Below are positions 60,137-64,000 of a stretch of 64,000 nucleotides of DNA, piece after piece; the first letter of the stretch is position 1; every line of letters starts with the position of its first letter. The position numbers were made by a program, and so were the translations under genes. The stretch covers positions 19,571 through 83,570 of the forward strand of contig DAIDIE010000018.1 of assembly GCA_027459505.1 (NCBI GenBank), given 5' to 3'. The stretch comes from Acidobacteriota bacterium (lineage in GTDB: Bacteria; Acidobacteriota; Terriglobia; Terriglobales; SCQP01). Under the pieces are notes generated by a model. It searched no databases. It was not told the origin of the DNA and saw only the letters and a program-made list of their open reading frames with translations.

Positions 60137-60850
60137 ATGAAGAACGTGTTGCAAAGCTGGGAGAGCTGGCTGGAACCGTACGGATTCCGGTACCTGCCGC
60201 CGAGCAGCAACGAGGCTCCCATGGGCAGCTTTGTAAAGGATCAGGGGCTGATCCGGCAGGAGTTCTGGGTTTTAGCTCAACAGACGCGCGGCAGAGGCTT
60301 TCAGCGCAACTGGATTTATCGTGTGAATCTGGCCATATGCATCCTTGACCAACACGCTCCCTCGCCCATTTATGGAGTGGTGCTGCACGGGATACTGGGA
60401 GAACAGGGGCCCATGTGCGCGCTGGGGGGCAAGGAGGGGGTCTGGTCCGATCCGTCCAGGATGCAGCACGTTCTGCAGGACAAAGGGCTACCCTGGCTGG
60501 CGAAGCACAACGATTGTGTCTGGCTGCTGAAGAGCATGCATTTTGGGCTGGCGAACAACTGCAGCGTGGAGACGCTGAGTTTTGCCGTGCCAGGCGCCGA
60601 AAACGCCATCTTAGGCCCCTGCAAGAATATTTACCTCAAATATATTTCCTTGCTCTACCAGGAGCTGGGCTGTGCCGATCTGGCGCGCGAATATGGCCAG
60701 CGCTGGATGGGAACGGTCATGGACCGGAGTATGCCCTACGAACCAGAGCGCACATTAAGGCAGCTCAGTCTCATCATGCCCTCCAGCAGTTTGCTGCGCC
60801 CGCAAGTGCTGCGTCATCGCGTGCGCAGCCGGCGCATGCTTAACAACTAG
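60137..60850 (+). CDS. Hypothetical protein (weak DUF4304-like N-terminus)
   Basis: 237-aa ORF with coding-like codon usage; LEPYGF...FVK...VNLAI pattern. Confidence 0.55.
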   Translation: MKNVLQSWESWLEPYGFRYLPPSSNEAPMGSFVKDQGLIRQEFWVLAQQTRGRGFQRNWIYRVNLAICILDQHAPSPIYGVVLHGILGEQGPMCALGGKEGVWSDPSRMQHVLQDKGLPWLAKHNDCVWLLKSMHFGLANNCSVETLSFAVPGAENAILGPCKNIYLKYISLLYQELGCADLAREYGQRWMGTVMDRSMPYEPERTLRQLSLIMPSSSLLRPQVLRHRVRSRRMLNN

Positions 60851-60943
60851 GTAAACGCCAATTGCCGTCCGAGCAAGCAGGCAGTCTCCCGCGCGCGTTT
60901 TGACTGAAGGTTCCGGCCTGCTCCCGTTTTGGCGAAGCTGGAT

Positions 60944-61660
60944 TCAGCGTTCGATCGTGTCCCCAGGTTTGAGGTTCAAAACGTTACAGCTGGCGCTGAA
61001 TTCTTTCAGGTGATGTTCGAGTTCCTGAGGCGTTCCCTTGAGGGCTGGGAAAGTTCCAAAGTGCATGGGGAGCACCTCTGGGACGTTCAACAGCTTACAG
61101 GCGTAGGCGGCCTCGCGGGGGCCCATGGTGTAGTAGCCCCCGATAGGAAGGAGGGCCAGGTCGGGTTTGTAGAGTTCGGCAATCAGGCGCATATCACCGA
61201 AAACGCAGGTGTCGCCGGAGTGGTACATGCGGAATCCGCTCGGAAAAGTGAGCACAAAGCCAACTGGTGAGCCGCCGTAGATCATGTTGCCGTCACTCTC
61301 GATGCCGGAGGAGTGAAAAGCCTGCACCATGGTGACCTGAATACCGAGCACATCCACGGTTCCGCCGAGGTTCATGGCCACGAGCTGGTCGGGCTTGACG
61401 CCCTCTGAGGAGTAGAACTGGCTCGCTTCGACCATGCAGACCAGTTTCGCGCCGAACTTGGTGCAGATGGGCACAGCGTCGGCCATGTGGTCTATATGGC
61501 CGTGGCTGACCAGCACCGCATGAGCCTTGTGGGGCTTCTTTTCCTGTGGCGGGGTGAGCGGGTTGTGCGACAGGAAGGGGTCCAGATAAAGGGTGTGGTC
61601 GTGGTGCTCAAGACGAAAAGCGGAATGTCCGCACCAAGTGAGTTTCAGCGATTTCTGCAT
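60944..61660 (-). CDS. Metal-dependent hydrolase (UPF0173, MBL fold)
   Basis: TWCGHSAF, DPFL, SHGHIDH, AFHSS, YHSGDT, LLPIG, PMHFGTFP. Confidence 0.92.
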   Translation of the reverse strand: MQKSLKLTWCGHSAFRLEHHDHTLYLDPFLSHNPLTPPQEKKPHKAHAVLVSHGHIDHMADAVPICTKFGAKLVCMVEASQFYSSEGVKPDQLVAMNLGGTVDVLGIQVTMVQAFHSSGIESDGNMIYGGSPVGFVLTFPSGFRMYHSGDTCVFGDMRLIAELYKPDLALLPIGGYYTMGPREAAYACKLLNVPEVLPMHFGTFPALKGTPQELEHHLKEFSASCNVLNLKPGDTIER

Positions 61661-61860
61661 GGTGACACCTCGCGATGGTTTCAGCAGCGGCGTCGCCCAG
61701 GTTCGCGGCGCCAGGGCGGCCGGGGGGCGGCGCATTCCGAAGCGTCCAGGACGAGGCTTTCTAGCTTTGATGATAACCGCTGGCGAGCGTTGTGAGTCCA
61801 GCCGCCAGCGCGGGGTAGGGAGCGGCCACGGCGAGGGCGCAATTTGGTAACCTGAAGATT

Positions 61861-62664
61861 GTGAGCCCCCAGGTGTATTTCCGCAGGCTGGCCGAGCTTC
61901 AAGACGAAGAGATCGATCTCTTGCGGGCGGCTCTGCATCTGGCGCGCATTCAATATCCGGGCTTGGAAGTCGAACGCTACCGGGAGATGGTGGACCGGTG
62001 GGCGGCAGAATTGCATCAGCGGGGGGAGCAGACGAGCTCCGGCTTGAGCCACTACCTGTTTGAGGAGTTGGGCTTCCGCGGCAACCAGCAGTTCTACCAC
62101 GACCCGCGCAACAGCTTTCTTAATGACGTGCTGGAACGCCGGCTCGGAATTCCGATCACGTTGTCTTTGGTTTACGTGGAGTTGGGGCAGCGGCTTGGGC
62201 TCCAGATTGAAGGGGTAGGACTGCCGGGACATTTCATTGTTCGCGACCGGGCGCGAAACGTACTGATCGATCCCTTCTGCCAAGGCAAGGAGCTCAGCCT
62301 CTCCGATTGTCAGGCGCGCGTGCAGGCTATTTACGGTAGTTCGGCTCAGTTGGAGCCGGAGATGATTGCCGCCGCCAGCGCACGTTCGATTCTGCGCCGC
62401 ATGATGAATAACCTGCGGCAGATCTGGCAGGAGCAGGACGACTACAAACACCTGCTGCAACTGCTGCAACTCTACCTGGCGCTGTTTCCGGATTCTCCCG
62501 GGGAGTTGAAGCAGCGGGCCTGGTTGTACGCGCGCTGTCATGATCTTTCGGCGGCATTGGCGGATTTGGAGCGCTACTGCTTTCTCTACCCGGAACAACC
62601 GGACGCCGCTGATGTGCTGCTAGAGTTGCAGCGTCTGCAGGAGACGCTTACGGGCGTCAACTAA
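61861..62664 (+). CDS. SirB1-family transglutaminase-like/TPR protein
   Basis: GFRGN..YHDPRNSFLNDVLERRLGIPITL, GLPGHF, IDPF. Confidence 0.9.
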   Translation: MSPQVYFRRLAELQDEEIDLLRAALHLARIQYPGLEVERYREMVDRWAAELHQRGEQTSSGLSHYLFEELGFRGNQQFYHDPRNSFLNDVLERRLGIPITLSLVYVELGQRLGLQIEGVGLPGHFIVRDRARNVLIDPFCQGKELSLSDCQARVQAIYGSSAQLEPEMIAAASARSILRRMMNNLRQIWQEQDDYKHLLQLLQLYLALFPDSPGELKQRAWLYARCHDLSAALADLERYCFLYPEQPDAADVLLELQRLQETLTGVN

Positions 62665-62718
62665 GTGGGCTGGAGCAAGGCGGGATGCCAGGACCGCGGG
62701 ATTCCTCGCGGCTTATTC

Positions 62719-63507
62719 ATGTCCTTACGAGCGCAGGAGCTGGAGCCAACAGACAGCGGTGATGAGGCTGGGAGCCGAGTGACCCGCGCTGTTCCGTTGC
62801 TGTTGGGGCATCGCGGGCATCGCTGGTCGCGCCGCTTGCGGATCAGAAGCCGGTCTCCGCGCATGCGCGGCGCACACCTTGAGGCGGAAAACCAGACGGC
62901 GGCATTTCGCCGGGCGCTGGCCTGCGGCTGCGATGGCCTGGAACTCGACCTGCACCTGACCGCGGACCGGCAGTGGGTGGTGCATCATGATGCGGTCCTG
63001 ACCAAAGGCACAGTGATTGCCGCTGAGCGGTTTCGGGATCTCAAGAGAGTTGCGCCCGGGCTGGTGAGGCTGCCGGAGGTGCTGGAAGCGTTCGCCGCCG
63101 GCTGCTGGCTGGATCTGGAGGTGAAATGCGAAGAGCTGAGCGGTCTGACGTCTCTCCTGCGCCGCTATGCTCCGCGTGGGGTGGTCAGCAGTTTTGAGCC
63201 GGGGGTGCTGCAGTCGCTGGAGCGGCAACATTGTCCGTTGCCATTGTGCCTGAATCTGCGACGGCCGCTGTCGCCGCGGCGGATCAGGCGTGTTCCAGTG
63301 ACCTGGGTGGCGCCGCATGTGCAACTGGCGCGACGCTGGTATTTGCGGCAACTGCGTGACGGAGGCTGGCGCACCCTGGTGTGGACGGTGAACCGGCCGG
63401 GGCGTATACGGCAATTGCTGCGCGCCGGCGCCGATGCGCTGGTGTCCGATGATCCCGACCTGCTGCAACGCACTGCAGAGGCATGGCGCAGGGAAGTTGA
63501 TGATTGA
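62719..63507 (+). CDS. Glycerophosphodiester phosphodiesterase family
   Basis: GHRG...EN, ELDLHLTAD, VVHHD, LEVK, SSF, WTVN, SDDP; start uncertain. Confidence 0.85.
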   Translation: MSLRAQELEPTDSGDEAGSRVTRAVPLLLGHRGHRWSRRLRIRSRSPRMRGAHLEAENQTAAFRRALACGCDGLELDLHLTADRQWVVHHDAVLTKGTVIAAERFRDLKRVAPGLVRLPEVLEAFAAGCWLDLEVKCEELSGLTSLLRRYAPRGVVSSFEPGVLQSLERQHCPLPLCLNLRRPLSPRRIRRVPVTWVAPHVQLARRWYLRQLRDGGWRTLVWTVNRPGRIRQLLRAGADALVSDDPDLLQRTAEAWRREVDD

Positions 63508-63517
63508 ATAGAGAGGC

Positions 63518-63593
<76 letters not shown>

Positions 63594-63816
63594 AATCGTG
63601 GGCGGGAGAGGCGTGCGGCCCGACTGGCAGGCGCAGGCGACTTCGCTATTGTAGCAAAGAGAGGCGAAGGCGTCTCTGCTTACCTGAGGCGCTCCGGCTG
63701 CTGGCATTAACCGGCCCATCCTCTTGTCCATTCAGCCATTCTCCGCTTGGCAGCCACTTCATAGGCCCCGCAAAAAAAATGCATCGTTTGGAGTTGCCGC
63801 GTGCGTATAAGGGGGT

Positions 63817-64000
63817 ATGAAGGCAAGCGCGGGCGAGGGCTCGGAAACGCTGGTGCCGGGCGACGAGGCGGGCTTTGCGGCGGTGGTGGCCGCGCACCAG
63901 TCCATGGTGTACAGCCTGGCGCGCTTCGCGCTTCACGATGAGGCGCTGGCCGAAGAGGTCGCCCAGGATGTCTTTTTCGCCCTCTACCGCCATCGCGGCG
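63817..64000 (+). CDS. ECF sigma factor, 5' part (truncated by the window edge)
   Basis: GDEAGFAAVVAAHQSMVYSLA...AEEVAQDVF region-2 pattern. Confidence 0.8.
   Translation, partial: MKASAGEGSETLVPGDEAGFAAVVAAHQSMVYSLARFALHDEALAEEVAQDVFFALYRHRG

Overview
GC-rich bacterial chromosomal window. Gene repertoire and arrangement suggest an Acidobacteriota (Terriglobia-like) organism; this is inference only. Most of it is housekeeping: pfk, nfo-leuS, scoAB, tyrA, nadE, dsbA-like, pilSR-like two-component system, atpZ-I-B-E, pyrG, glyA, psd-pssA-asd-like-lptE-holA, tmk-holB-hfq-like-yggS-yggU, ribB fusion, degP, nusB, icd-mdh-tpx, tRNA-Thr(CGT) and the 5' end of an ECF sigma factor. Main non-housekeeping signals: (1) 37357-39194, a three-gene minus-strand module: a secreted proline-rich precursor with two identical 17-aa cores (differing only at synonymous sites), its own terminator, a ~7-TM membrane protein with no kinase domain, and a single-TM partner. 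This is the best candidate for an undescribed peptide-signalling system. (2) ~19.9-23.3 kb, a decayed Rhs toxin remnant flanked by two paralogous secreted immunity-like genes and followed by a REP-like palindrome cluster. (3) 52993-53250, a UxxC selenocysteine glutaredoxin absent from the ORF track. (4) 27.1-27.5 kb, a candidate sRNA and a degenerate antisense ZTP-riboswitch-like element upstream of glyA. (5) An NHEJ locus with Ku and a split LigD. No CRISPR array, rRNA, intact transposase or integrase was seen. All calls are by eye; no database searches were run.
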